Shown here: in pieces, positions 40,814-54,278 of the stretch
How the letters are laid out: every line of letters starts with the position of its first letter
Numbering within the stretch: position 1 is the stretch's first letter
Origin: Octopus sinensis
Taxonomy: Eukaryota
Length of the DNA stretch: 64,000 nucleotides
Assembly (NCBI RefSeq): GCF_006345805.1
Contig: NW_021833066.1
Coordinates: 22,675 to 86,674 of the forward strand
Direction: 5' to 3'
The notes under the pieces: model-generated
Database searches by the model: none
The model's input: the letters and a program-made list of their open reading frames with translations, nothing else
What the model was told of the DNA's origin: nothing
Made by a program: the position numbers and the translations under genes

Positions 40814-42456
40814 TCAGATGACCATGTTAGATTTGATGTAGTAGTCCATTAATTCTTTATTGTCTGTGTCTATTGCAGTTAGTTGTGTGTGTGGTTTTAC
40901 GGGTTCATTACTTTTTTGATTGTCTAGGGGGATGTTGTCCTGAGTTAGATATCTCCCTGCTTTACTTCCTTGTTTGGTGGATTTTTTGGATCTTTTTCTT
41001 TTACCCCCTGTGGCTATTTGCCATTCCGTCGAACTTTCGTCGTCCGACGTATCAGTATGGGGTAGAGGCAAAACATTTGCATTACTATGTATGCTTGTAT
41101 AAATTGTTGATGTTTTGTGCGGTGTTTGTTTTGTTGTGGTGTTATGGGTAGCAGTTGTCTTCTCGTCAGTGTTAACTGTCTTTTTAATTGTCGTCCTGGG
41201 TGTGGGTCTATTTTTTGTTAATTCAACAGGTTTAATTTGTTGTGAAGTCAACGGTGATTGTGTTGGTACTGTTTCTTTTCTTGGTGATGTTGTTGCGGTT
41301 TGTTCGTTGGTTTGTTGTTTTTCTTGGCATTGTTCTATAATTGAGTGTGTTGGTGTTGGTGTTGGCAACAAAGGGATTTTATTTGTTTTCTGATTTGTTC
41401 TTTCTTGTTTTTTCTGTACCAGATCGCACTTGGCAATCAAATGTACATTTGTAGCATCTAGGCTTTTTGCCTTCTGCCACAACATATAGGCACTGCCCAT
41501 TCTCCAAGTGGATCTTATCCGGTAGGCTCTCGATAGAGGCCCCCTCAATCTGGATGGTCACCACTATTGTCTTCCCACCCCAAATGTCACCAGGGTACAC
41601 GGCGGTCACCAAATATTAATATTTTTAAATGGTAACAGATTGCCCCTGTTATCCATTTGTTAGGAAGTTCGTTCGAGGTACATTTTTAATTGTGATTCGA
41701 CTCACTCTCTGGTTTTTGTAGTATGGACCATGATGATTTCATCATTTCCCAGAGACTCAGTAGAGTGAGCTTTTGCCACTTCCTGGTTAGGGAAGCGGAC
41801 CACTACTGTGTTAAACTGGGGACCCCAGTTTATATACTCTTTTTCTTTCATTATGTTTTTTAAACATTTTTCCACATCAGTTTTTGTAATCTGTTCATTT
41901 AGTTTTTTGTTTTTTCTAATAATTTTATATACAATTGTCTTATTTTCTATTTCTTGTTTTATATGTTGAGGTGTATGCAGGACTAAATCTTGTCCACGGG
42001 TTGTAAGAGAGCTCTAGTTTCTATGAGCTCTTCATTTGTGAATGTAACAATCTCCTTTTTCTGGCGAAGAATATCTGCGAAATTTACTGTTGTTGATTTT
42101 TTTGTATGAACATCTTCACTATTAGATAGTTCATTTTTATTGTTGTTCTTGTTGTTGCTGTTGTTTTTGTCAATAGTTTTCGTTTCAGTTTTATTTTTAT
42201 CATTTATGTTGGTCGTGGTAGTGGTGGTGGTGGTGGTGGAGGTGGTGGTGGTAGCAGTTGTTGTCTCGTGGTTGCTGTTGTTAGTGGTGGTGGTGGCGGT
42301 GGTGACAGGGCTGTTACCGCACGTGGTTGCAGCGTTCCTTTCACCGATATTCATATTTGCACGTACGTTCTTTTTTTCTCCTATTGTTTCCAAACTAGGA
42401 AAATGCTGGTCAATAAAAGAACGCGACCAGCGTTCTACAATAAAATTTCTAGACAT
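40814..42456 (-). pseudogene. Tx1-like ORF1 (nucleic-acid-binding, zinc knuckle), frameshifted
   Basis: ORF pieces 42456-41983, 41612-41379, 41548-40814. A CCHC knuckle can be rebuilt across a frameshift (KPRCYKC...HLIAKC). Thr/Asn-rich low-complexity segments; lies directly upstream of ORF2. Confidence 0.68.
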
Positions 42457-42658
42457 TTTCTAATGTCTAGAAGAAAATTACAGAAATGAAATGGGGTTGA
42501 AACTGCCCCTAGGGGCGAATTCCTCCCTTGGAAAAGCACTCAAACGAAAGTTGGGTGCCTTACACAACTTATTTGCAAAAATGTTCACAAAAATTGAGCT
42601 ATAAATAGTCAAAATAAATGATTACCTTCGGAGTCGAAGCGACAGCACGTCCATAGAC

Positions 42659-42736
<78 letters not shown>

Positions 42737-43069
42737 TAGATAGATAGATAGATAGATAGATAGATATTTTATATAATATGTATACACAGACACATACACA
42801 CACAGATGAGGAAAGAAATGCATGCACAAACACACACACAATGCAGATAGATAGATACATAGATAGATAGTTAAATAGATAGATAGATTTATATCATTAA
42901 TTACATATATTATGAACATAGACATGTTTGTGTATGTGTGTGTTATGTATAAGCATACATATATACAATTATTAAAGACTTCTAAATATATAAATGTACC
43001 TACGAAAATACTATAGACATATTTACACCCACAAACGTACATAAATCCGCATACTTATATGTGTGGTGA

Positions 43070-43151
<82 letters not shown>

Positions 43152-43590
43152 ACATATATATATTATATATGTATGTACGTATGTATGTATACATACACGT
43201 GTATATATGCATATACGTACATAAATGTGCACACATAGCTATATATGTGTATGTTTTATACTCATATACACGCACACATGCATATATATGTGAGTATATA
43301 CATGTATATTTAAATGAGTTCATATACAGGTTCAGGGCTTAATTCCATAAAGTTATGCATACGTTATATATATATATATATACCTATGTATATTCACATA
43401 TTCACATTTGTTTGTGCATGTCTATATGCATTTATATGTGTGTGTATGTGCGTGTGTATGTGTCTATATAAATATATATATAAAGAGAGAGAGAGAGAGG
43501 GGGGAAAGAAAGAAAGAAAGAAAGAAAGAGAAAGAGAAACACAGAGACAGACAGACAGGTAGGCAGGCAGATAGATTGATAGATAGATAT

Positions 43591-43621
<31 letters not shown>

Positions 43622-44409
43622 TGCATATATATATATATGTGTGTGTGTGTGTAGATAGTTATCTATAAATATGCATATTGCATATTAATATATACATATA
43701 CATCTATATATATAACCCATATATATAGATGTACAAATATATATATATTTATATACACACACACACTCACATAAATATATTTGCGTATATTTATGTATAT
43801 GTGTGTATACACATGTACATATATACACAATTATAGGCAATATATACGCGGATACACACACACACACACACACACAGCACCACTACCACCACCATCCTTC
43901 CCTCCTACACACACACACATGATTATCACATATTCACTTATTCACAGAGGAATTTCTTCAAGAGATTGACTGAAGTAAATGGAAAACGATGCCGTTATTT
44001 TTGGCTGTTCCATGAGGAAATTGGCCTGTGTCGTACATATCAGCCGGACTAAAATAACATTTAATATGCCATATTGGAATCTAATTCTGGAAACTCAATT
44101 CCGTCTTTGTAATATTCTTCATTTTGTTGATGTCATTTGTGTTGCTGTTGTTGTTGTTGTTATTGTTGTTGTCGTCGCTGCTTTGGGTGGGGGGGGGAGT
44201 GGAGTAGGGGACTGTTTGTGTTTGTTATATTGCTTTGCTGTTTGTTGCTGTTGCTTTTGATGTTGTCGATTCTGTCGTTGTTGTTGTTGTTGTTGTTGTT
44301 TGTGGTGGTCGTAGAGGTGGTGGTAATGTTGTAGTGATGCTGGTGGCAGTGGTAGAAGTGGTGGCGATGCTGGTGGTGGCGTCCTGACAATTCATGATGT
44401 TGATGAAAC

Positions 44410-44420
44410 TATTATTATTA

Positions 44421-44480
<60 letters not shown>

Positions 44481-44541
44481 TATCATTATTATTATTATTA
44501 TTAATATTAATAATAATAATATTATATTATTATTATTATTA

Positions 44542-44584
<43 letters not shown>

Positions 44585-44623
44585 CATTATTATTATTATC
44601 ATTATTATTATTATTATTATTAA

Positions 44624-44674
<51 letters not shown>

Positions 44675-44757
44675 CATTATTATTATTATCATTATTATTA
44701 TTATTATTATTATTATCATTATTATTATTATCATTATTATTATTATTATTATTATTA

Positions 44758-44790
<33 letters not shown>

Positions 44791-44819
44791 TATTATTATT
44801 ACATTATTATTATTATTAT

Positions 44820-44853
<34 letters not shown>

Positions 44854-44885
44854 TATTATTATTATTATTATCATTATTATTATTA

Positions 44886-44935
<50 letters not shown>

Positions 44936-44940
44936 GTTAT
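44410..44940. repeat. Long (ATT)n/(ATC) microsatellite
   Basis: Direct reading. Confidence 0.95.
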
Positions 44941-44997
44941 CAATATAGTAGAAAGGATTATTCCTATTATTATAATACTGACGACGACGACGACGAC

Positions 44998-45029
<32 letters not shown>

Positions 45030-45723
45030 CAATGATAGTGAAGATGCAGCATGTGGTGGTGATGATGATTGTGATCGTGATCGTCTAGTGGTGGTAGTGG
45101 TGGTGATGATGTCGAAGAGGAAGGGGGAAGGAAAATGTTGGTGGTGGACTTTGGGATGCTGGATGCTGCGTCTCAGATTTTCTTGTTATTGAGGAGAGGA
45201 TGAGCTGTTTAAAATTGAGAACGATGATTATGAAGATGACGACGACGACGACGACGATGATGATGATGGTGGTGATGTTGGTGGTGGTGATGATGATGGT
45301 GGTGATGATGATGATGATGATGGCAATGGTGGTTTTTGATGGTGCGTAGTTATGAATTAGGGTGTCGGGGCACTAATAGTGGTGGTGGTGGATGAGTCAT
45401 TTCGCTTATTGTTATCATAGTTGTTCATGTTTTGGGAATTTGGTGGCGGCGATGGAGAGGTGAGCTGAGTTTTTGTTGTTGATGTATTTGCTAACGTTCA
45501 ATATTTATTGATCCCAACAATGATGGCTATGATGATTATGGGGATTTTGATGATGGTTACGATGGTGATGGTGATGATGCTGGTAGTATTCTTGTCCTTC
45601 TTCTCCTTGCTCTCCTTCTTCTTCTCCCCCTTCTTCTCCTCCTCCTCCTTCTTCTTCAGGCCCTGGTGTAACAATCAATGTTCATTTTCTGCCAGGGTCC
45701 TCTTGAATGAGTACCAGTAATAT

Positions 45724-45822
45724 CAGTTTCAAATTCTGGAACGAGGCCAGCAATTTCGGAGCAAGGAGTAAGTTGATTAGATTTTACCCGGTGCAGTAAC
45801 GATTCTGCCAGCTCGCTACTTT
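45724..45822 (-). mobile_element. Internally deleted mini-SINE (head + tail B) with a 16 bp direct-repeat flank
   Basis: TGAGTACCAGTAATAT at 45708-45723 and 45823-45838 flanks GCGAGCTGGCAGAATCGTT...AATTGCTGGCCTCGTTCCAGAATTTGAAAC. Confidence 0.7.
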
Positions 45823-47329
45823 TGAGTACCAGTAATATTCCAAGGTTGATATATTCGATTATACTTCCCTTCTCCATAACGTATTTAGTCTAATGTCTTT
45901 GTTAGGTATCATTATTATTATTGCTGAGTTCAACGTAAATTACAAGTTTGGAGCTAGAGTCAAAGAAATCGACAAACCCCCTCCCCTCAAACCCTCCGCA
46001 ACAAACACCATTCCCTCAGTCTCCCTCCCCGCTACTCCCTTTCATGAAAACCTTTGACCTTGTATCCTAAATTAGAAATTATTATCGTTGGGAGAGTGGG
46101 TACAGTGATGGATGGTAAACTCGCAAGAGAGCCGGACAAAGAGCCCTTACTATTTACTTACCTCTCTTTAATTTCTGATTTTAAATCGAGTCTCAGGTAG
46201 TGTTTGCTTTTTTATCCTACAGGAGCGGATAAAGTAATGTACCACTCATATACTGGGGTCAATCTCATCGATAAAACTGTCCCTACAACTCCTGAAAGTA
46301 AATCTATGTTATACATATTTACACTTCTAATCCTGCATTGTAATGCAAGTTAGAGGTGGACAAGAGGGACAGCCTTCACGGGGAGAATCTAGACGTCGAA
46401 GAAAATCAAACGAAGTTGATATACAGAATGGCATTCAGCTCAGAGACATTGGATAATTTCCAGAAATATCCGTACTGTCAATGCTACCAGAGTCTATTTC
46501 CATTTCAGAAGAAATTCTTCTGGCACATTCTACATACACACATTTATTTAACGTCTGAGTATTACTGACTAGAAAAACAGCTGTTATCACGCAGAGAACA
46601 AGTCATCTCTTCTATGCTTCGACAATTGATCAATTCTGACGACAGCGATGTTTCTCTCCATACTTACTCGTCAAAACTTGTTTGCAAGTTGTACATTTAA
46701 AAGTTTATCAAACGAACACCACAAAGACAAAACCAAATATTTGCTGTAGCATTTCCAATCGAATGTTTCTTATAGCATTTATTTGAATCTCTACTCGCCT
46801 TTGTCTGAATTAATGTCCAAATAATCTGGTCGTAAAAGCACTTCTGCATTCTCAGTTCTCTTCCGCTTACTGGATTCGATCTAGTTTAGCTTTCGTTACT
46901 GGTACAAAGTTGTATTCCCTATCAGAATTCGGCACATTTTGCTAAAATTCTGTTATGGAATGTTTGTCAGATGATATTTTTCTATATTTATTTACGGCAG
47001 GTACTCTTCCTTCAAATTTATTAAATCTAAAATCCTTTTTAAAAATAATGTTTTTAAAAATTCATTCTTTTCAAAATTTCGTTAATTTCTTTAACTATCG
47101 CTACTCCATTTTGTCATGTTAGAAATTTTGACAAATATGTTGAGAACATTTTTAGTGAAAAGTTTTACCATTCCCATTTTTTTTTTAATGTATTTAAAAG
47201 AGGATTTTGTCTTGTAACTTTTTCACTGTCATTAGTTTCAAGTGTTTGTTTATTCGTTTCAGTGTTACTTGGTCATCATGTCACCCGTTTATTATGTCGC
47301 TTCTTTATTATGTTAATCCAGTGACAGCT

Positions 47330-48115
47330 AAATTAGTGACAATGTTATGGACCAATGTACTTTCAGAAAGGCAGCAACAAAACAAAATCAATAACCAGTC
47401 TAAAAACGGTGGAATAACGAAGAACCTGGTTTATCACATATCCTTTGGTTGAAAATGTAGCGAATAAAGATGCATCATTTTATGCACATACGATAATAGC
47501 AAAAGCATTCAGGAGAATAACAGAGTGGATTCTTAGAATATTCCGATAAAGCACAGAAGAGGTCATGCTTATTCTCTGGAAGACATTTATTTTCAGTCCT
47601 TCAGACATTTTTTTGTTCCTATCAGCTAATAGTCTTAACTCAGTATTGAAAGGCAGTCAAAAACCAACTCCTCAAAGTTGATCGATTCTATGATCCAGCT
47701 GAGCCGCTGGGAGAGATTTCAAATGTTGAAGTTATATTCCTTTAAAAGAAGAAAGGCACAGCATGTAATCATCCAGTGTTAGGAAGTCCTCGAAAGACTG
47801 GTACCAAACTTTGGCATTGCAACTTATACAAAAACAGACGAAACGGACGTCACTGCATCCGCCCCTCTCAAAATATAAAGGATATTTGTGGAACAGATGT
47901 TAACACGTTCAGAAAGGATTTGAAATTACGGCTATAATTTCAATCACCTATGAATGTACACAGTGGCAGAAGACACAGACATGTCTAGCAACATCGAATA
48001 CATTCACTTATTAAACATTGGTTAAGGGCTGAAATTCAAGCCATGTTCAGAGTTCAAAATGGCATCGCTGTGTAGCCACGGCTGGATACCAGAAACGTAA
48101 AATAATAAATACTTT
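47330..48115 (+). mobile_element. Degenerate CR1/L2-type LINE 3' fragment
   Basis: WILRIFR..EEVMLILWKTF, WERFQMLKLYS..RR, LERLVPNFGI, similar to the CR1 C-terminal region at 7330-7750; A-rich end. Confidence 0.62.
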
Positions 48116-48203
48116 TGTATCTACATTATCTACACACTCATACATTTAGAGCAGTAATAAGGAATAGATATGACAAAGGAATAAATGATTGATCCATGAT
48201 TTT

Positions 48204-48284
48204 CATTAGCTTATAGCTGAGGCTCCGATGAAGCTATAAGGTGTCCTTGAGGCACCTTTTAGCGGAAACAGCTGTAAGCTAATG
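48204..48284 (+). ncRNA. Degenerate minimal type I hammerhead-ribozyme-like motif
   Basis: C(C)GATGA-A-stem II-(G)GAAAC-AGCT-GTA with palindromic stem III ACAGCTGT; two core deviations. Confidence 0.42.
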
Positions 48285-49134
48285 CAGTTCATAAGGTAAT
48301 CATTTATTCCTTCGTTATCCCTCTTTCTTACTACCGCTCTATATTCAGCCAATACTTCGTTCGGAAAAGTACGTATATTGAGTTCTACATCGAGTTATTG
48401 GTCTCACAATGACTAAGTGAAATATTAAAATTCTCATGCGTTTATGTGGGGGTGGGTGCGTGTGTGTGTGTGTGCATGTATTTCTGAATATGTGTGTGTG
48501 TATGTGTGTGTATGTGCGTGTATACTTGCATGCATGTTTGTCTGTCTGTATGTCTGTTTGTATGTATGTGTGTGTGTGTATGTATGTATGTATGTATGTA
48601 TGTATGTATGCGTGTATGTATGTATGTCTCTTATATTTTTCAATTATGATAAATCTTCCACTGAGGAGAGAGCCGATTTCCAACAAAGATACAAGGCTCC
48701 ATTTTGGGGATGTAGTTAACACAGACAAATTCACATTTGGAACTTGAGAAAAGTTTTGCATATTTTTACTGTTCCACTCACAGATTGGACTTTTAGTGTA
48801 CGAATAAACCGGTCGATTTCTCTTTCTGAAAATCACATTTTATCTAGAATAACCTATAAGCATTTAGTAACAAAACCTAGTGCCCCTATTATTATTGGTA
48901 TGAATATGAATTCATAGTCTGGATATAGAAGCTGGAGCTTTCGAAGCAGTTGTCTATAGATATCCTCTTTTTCTTTCTTTTCCTTTGATCTTCAAAGAGA
49001 TATTTGTATTTGAAGGGCAGCTGACCTCTATGATGGTACAAACCTTTGCCCCTCTGTCCCAAATATCTAGCCTGTTATATTTACATTTCACAGGGGTTTT
49101 GATGAGAATATTCCATCATACGCATGTTTGCAAA

Positions 49135-49250
49135 CAATTGTTCGTTAAAGTATCGAATGGATTACTCTGCAGTAATCTCATCGGATATCTGCGTTCGGAG
49201 TTCAAATCTCGTTGAAGTCAACTTTGTCATTCATTCCTTCGGGGTCGTAC
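49135..49250 (+). mobile_element. Degenerate SINE family 1 fragment
   Basis: GGAGTTCAAATCTCG...CATTCCTTCGGGGTCG. Confidence 0.55.
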
Positions 49251-49324
49251 TTTCTGTGTGTCTCTCTTTCCCTCAACCTCTCTCCCCCTCTCTCTCTCAC
49301 TTTCTCTCTCCCCATCTCTCTCTT

Positions 49325-49402
<78 letters not shown>

Positions 49403-49480
49403 AGACTTCAACTGTGATCAAGCCTAAAGTGTAAACAGCTGTACCGACATAAGAACTACTGAAGTCACTCTGTCACGCAT

Positions 49481-49523
<43 letters not shown>

Positions 49524-49685
49524 CGTACGCACACACACACAGCGTCACGTAATTCTAATCAATATCTAATTTGGTAGAATGAGCCAACATCGTGCCATAC
49601 ATCTTTAGCAATTCTCAGCGCTTCACTGGTAGAATGTTTTATATTTATATGTGACCCGAGCTCGTGCTAGAATATTCGGCATATA

Positions 49686-50740
49686 TTAGGTTGTCCCATA
49701 TGAAATAATATCCACTTAGACATGAATATATGAAAACTACTCATAATAATTATTTATTCATCAAAATTCGCTCCATTTGCTTCAACAACTTTTATTCGTC
49801 GTCTCAGAAGACTTCTACATTCCTCCTTTGAAAAAAATTGTCTTTTGAAGATATAAGATTGTTCAAACACTGTCATTACTTCTTTCTTTACATACATTTT
49901 GTTGCGAGTGAAAACTTCAAGATGGCGAAATAAATGATAGTCTGTTGGCATCAAGGCTGAAGAATATGAACGATGATTCAATATGTCACGATTACGCCGC
50001 TGCAACTTTGCTCTCGTGTGATTTGCGGTGTAATATCTGAAATTATTAAGTGCTGTTAACGACACTATTTTTCGTTGACCAACCATAATATGCTACCAAG
50101 GAGTTTAAAGGTCTATAAATCAATCCTACCAGTTTGTGTAACTGTGCGATTCAATTACTTGTAAGTTATTTCCGCAGATATTCTCTAAAATTTAGAGCCA
50201 ACACTAAAAGTTACGACATTTCGTATACGAATACATTTGTGTAAACAATGCGATCGAAGCCGCTAACATTCGTATAGCAATAACCGGTCACATTCGTATA
50301 CTAAACGTCGCAACTTTCGGTGCTAGCTGCAAATTCAGTAGACTATTTGTAGAGTTAACTTAAAAGTGTCTGAATTTGTCATGTCAGAATATAGGCCCTT
50401 GTCTGATTTTCAATGCTGGACGCCTTCTGGACAACTTGCAGGCACCAGAATTGGGATGTTATTGTTCTCCTGGCAACAGGAACAAATCATGGATGATTCC
50501 TTGACGCTACCAACAAACGATAACCGAAATCTTTTGAGCATGTAAAGGAGATTTCCAAACAAATTTTGCTGACTCTTCAGCGTCTAGCTTTAACAAAGTT
50601 CTTCGATGTTGTCACAAAGGACCCATTTTTTCCGTCATAGAAGATTACTCTTTTCAGAAATGTGGGCATTTCGTTTCGCAATATATGATCGCAGGCTTGT
50701 TTCTGTTTCTCATTCTTAAAAGTACGCGTAAGATGCTGTG
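49686..50740 (-). mobile_element. Degenerate mariner transposon split by a MITE
   Basis: HAQKISVIVCW..QGIIHDLFLLPGE (50400-50560) and HRSYSSALMPTDYHLFRHL...RRIKVVEANGANFDE (49754-50000); TIR-like TTAGGTTGTCCCATATG near 49688. Confidence 0.68.
50188..50336. mobile_element. MITE-like element with ~45 bp imperfect terminal inverted repeats
   Basis: AAATTTAGAGCCAACACTAAAAGTTACGACATTTCGTATACGAAT (50188-50232) is the imperfect reverse complement of 50292-50336. Confidence 0.62.
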
Positions 50741-51254
50741 TGTCCCACGTATACTCGTGATTTTAACTCGTGGACTAGAAACTTATGCATTGAGTGCTGG
50801 ATGTGAAATAATAAAACTCATCTTCAATATTCGCGTCTGAATCTAATTCATTATATGTCGGTGTATTGCTTCTTCTTTCGAACTTTATACATATATTACT
50901 AATGTTATGCAGTGGAATGTATTTTGCAGTGGAATGTATTCCTTTTGCAGTGGAATGTATTTTAATTTTTAATCTTGAGAATAAACGTCCATATTTCAAT
51001 CTAATTTATACATACACACACACACACACTCACATTCACACTCATAAGCATATATGCATGGATATAGATATATATGTATAGGTGTATAGGTACATTTGTA
51101 TGTATACATATATTTATATACATATATATACGTACATATATGAGTACACATATATATAGTTTTATATATATATATGTACATACATATGTCTGTTTATGAA
51201 TGCATGCGTGTGTCTACCAATACATACATACATATGTATATAGGTAAATGGACA

Positions 51255-51440
<186 letters not shown>

Positions 51441-51448
51441 TGCATATA

Positions 51449-51831
51449 TCTTTATATATAAAAGTAAGGTTGTGTGTCTGTCTCCTACGATTTAGATTCC
51501 TAACAACTCCCACATTTTGCGGTGCAGTTTAACCAAAACCGGGTATCTTATAGTCGTGATTCATATTGAGCCTTTCTGGGTATTAGCGCGCGTCTACGAT
51601 GAGCCTACGGTTAAAAAAAAATTACCATCATTTTTTTCCATTTTAATGCATTTTTTCGCTATTATATAAGAGAAGTAACTCTCTAAAAATGTCTACAATG
51701 AGTCATCGATTTAAAAAAAAATTACCATCATTTTTATTCCATTTTCAATGCGTTTTTTGCTATTTTTGGCTATAACTCTCTAAAAATGCTTATATAGTTA
51801 TTTCCCTTACAACGCCGGGCGATACTGCTAG
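51449..51831 (+). mobile_element. Non-autonomous Helitron-type element, same family as 34150
   Basis: Same termini and body; the left arm of the hairpin is deleted and an internal ~70 bp segment is duplicated. Confidence 0.78.
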
Positions 51832-51873
51832 TCATATATATATATATTTATACATATATATATGTATATATAC

Positions 51874-51911
<38 letters not shown>

Positions 51912-52016
51912 TACATATATATATATCTATATATACATATATACATATATATATATGTATATATATCGTGAAGTATGTTTGCCACCTAATGTGGCTGACC
52001 CATATACATATATAAA

Positions 52017-52115
<99 letters not shown>

Positions 52116-53044
52116 TGTGTGTGTGTGATTATAAGTGTGAATGTATGTTTGTGCGTGTGTACATGCCTGTGTATATGTGTGCCTGTGTGTGTGTGTGTCT
52201 GTGTGTGTGCTTGTATGTGTTAGGCCGTGTGTAACTTGATGATGGTTAACATTAAAAAAAGAGAGAAAATAAAATTATCATCTCTTGCTCTAGAGTTTCA
52301 CTAGGAATTTTTTTCTTTTTTCCCCTAACCTCCACCACCAACACCACACCATCATCACATTTACATCAAACGAAACTGTTTTGAAATGAATGTATATAAA
52401 GATCGTATATGAAGACAGAATTTGTGTAATGCAGCAGATAAAAGAGCGAAAATATAGAAATATAAATATGCATTTATCACGTTAAATGTACTGAAATTGT
52501 AGAAGAGAAAACTGACGTAATGAGAAGCAACACAAGAGAACACGACGTTGTAAGTCGGAGCAAACCGAAATAAGCCGAAGAAAACCGAAGTAAGCTGGTG
52601 TAAGCCGGAGAAATTTGGAAAGAAGCGGAATGGACTAAGAATAGCTAGATGGCACACGGACCACTATGATGCGGAGTTTGAAGCTCAGATTTCTATGGAG
52701 CTGAATGGAACAAAGGTGGAACTTATTTCAGTGCTCAGAAATCTAGGTTAATGGTGTATAAATTTCGGTGCATTGGGTTTCGCCTGTTATGAGTCGCTTG
52801 TACATAAATAATTTCGAATATAAATTGATTGGCATGAGGCCTTATATATGTCAGTCGATAGTTGGTGAAATGAGAGAATATCAGAATATTAGAATGGATA
52901 TTTCTTAAGAGGAGGAAGGGTAAAGGTAAAAGATGTCCACGTGTTGGAATTTTGTAGGAATGCATGAATAAAACTGAATGGTTTTGAGAAGTTTTGAATG
53001 AATCATAAGAGAAAATGCTTGAAGCCCAACATTCACCACTAGCG

Positions 53045-53185
53045 TACATTTATTCTCACCCCTGCTGGAGCCTCATGGAGTTTAAGGTGTTTTCGCTCAG
53101 TAAACACTCAGAACACCCGGTCTGGGAGTCGAAACTGCGATCCTGCGACCACGAGTCCGCTACCCTAATCACTGGGCCATTGTGA
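53045..53185 (-). mobile_element. tRNA-derived SINE head (further family)
   Basis: Minus strand TGGCCCAGTGATTAGGGTAGCGGACTCG...GTTTCGACTCCCAGACC, then a non-tRNA body. Confidence 0.6.
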
Positions 53186-53902
53186 TTTAAAAAAATGTTT
53201 ATATATATATACATATTTTATGGATGTCGTGATATCTAACCGGTTTTCGCTATTTAAATTAGCTTTCCAAGGGACATTGTGAAGTAATTATTTCTTGTGA
53301 CAAAGGAGTCTTGACATTTTGGATGCTTGAAGAATAAGAATGAGTCTAGATAGTGGAGAAAATGAGGCAACAGGTGGCAAGGGGGACAACTAACTCCTCA
53401 GTACAATTGTTGAAATAGGAATACGTAAGGATCAGGTGGTCAAGTTTGTATATTAAGGTGTGGTCTGTACTTTAGTGTGAACAGGCTTTCCTTGTTTAGG
53501 CATTCTTGTAAAGAGATTAAAATGCTACAAATAGAAGGAAGAGGGGAAGACAGAAATAAGAAATGCTAGAAATAGAAGGAAGGGGGAAGACAGAGAAAAG
53601 AGGAGACGAAGAGAGAAAAAATAAGGAGAAAGAGTGAAGGCAAGAAATAGAGTCGTACGGATATATAAATAACTTAATGTTAACAAAAGCCAGGATACGT
53701 TACGTTCCGTTACTTAATAAGAGAAAAAATGTAAAGTAAATGAGCAAACGAAAAGTAAAAATCTTATAATGAATGTACAGACGAACGGGAAACGGATATT
53801 GAGTGCACAAACGGACGGAAAACAGACACAGAAGGTCCCTAATTCTTCGTCAGTTATCAGCCAGGTGATATTAATTAGTTTCGCACCGATGCTTCTGCAC
53901 AG

Positions 53903-54050
53903 TTTCCGTCTACCAAATATACTCACGATTTGTTGGTCGGCCTGGGACTGTAGTTGAAGACACTTGCTCGAGGTTACACGGCATGGGACTGAACTCAGAA
54001 CACCACGTGATGCAAAGCGAGTTTCTTAACCACACAGACATACCATGTAC
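53903..54050 (-). mobile_element. SINE family 2, 5' half
   Basis: GTTTCCGTCTACCAAAT..ACTCAC...AAGACACTTGC...GACTGAACTC...TTCTTAACCAC. Confidence 0.72.
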
Positions 54051-54051
54051 C

Positions 54052-54096
<45 letters not shown>

Positions 54097-54213
54097 TAAT
54101 AATAATAACTAATAATAAAACATAATAATAATGATGATAATAATAATAACAATAATAATAAAAAATAATAATAACAATACTATTAAAAATGTTTATTAAG
54201 ATTGACGTAACAA

Positions 54214-54278
<65 letters not shown>

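Larger units (their letters stand above)
36825..42652 (-). mobile_element. Apparently full-length Tx1-like (L1 clade) non-LTR retrotransposon inserted in (TATC)n
   Basis: ~195 bp 5'UTR, ORF1, ~280 bp spacer, ORF2 with APE, RT and C-terminal CCHC, then a 3'UTR ending AATAAAAAGT. (TATC)n abuts both ends (36590-36824 and 42653-42770). Confidence 0.92.

Noticed and set aside
42600-42655. HDV-like or other ribozyme at the Tx1 5' end
   Set aside because: Only short 5 bp hairpins are visible and no pseudoknot could be built by eye.
44970-45204. Minus-strand exon after a good acceptor at 45205
   Set aside because: All frames stop within about 40 codons and the remainder is low complexity.
50908-50962. 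Three copies of GCAGTGGAATGTATT as a CRISPR-like array
   Set aside because: Spacers are only 2-6 nt, the context is eukaryotic and there are no cas genes; a simple short tandem repeat.
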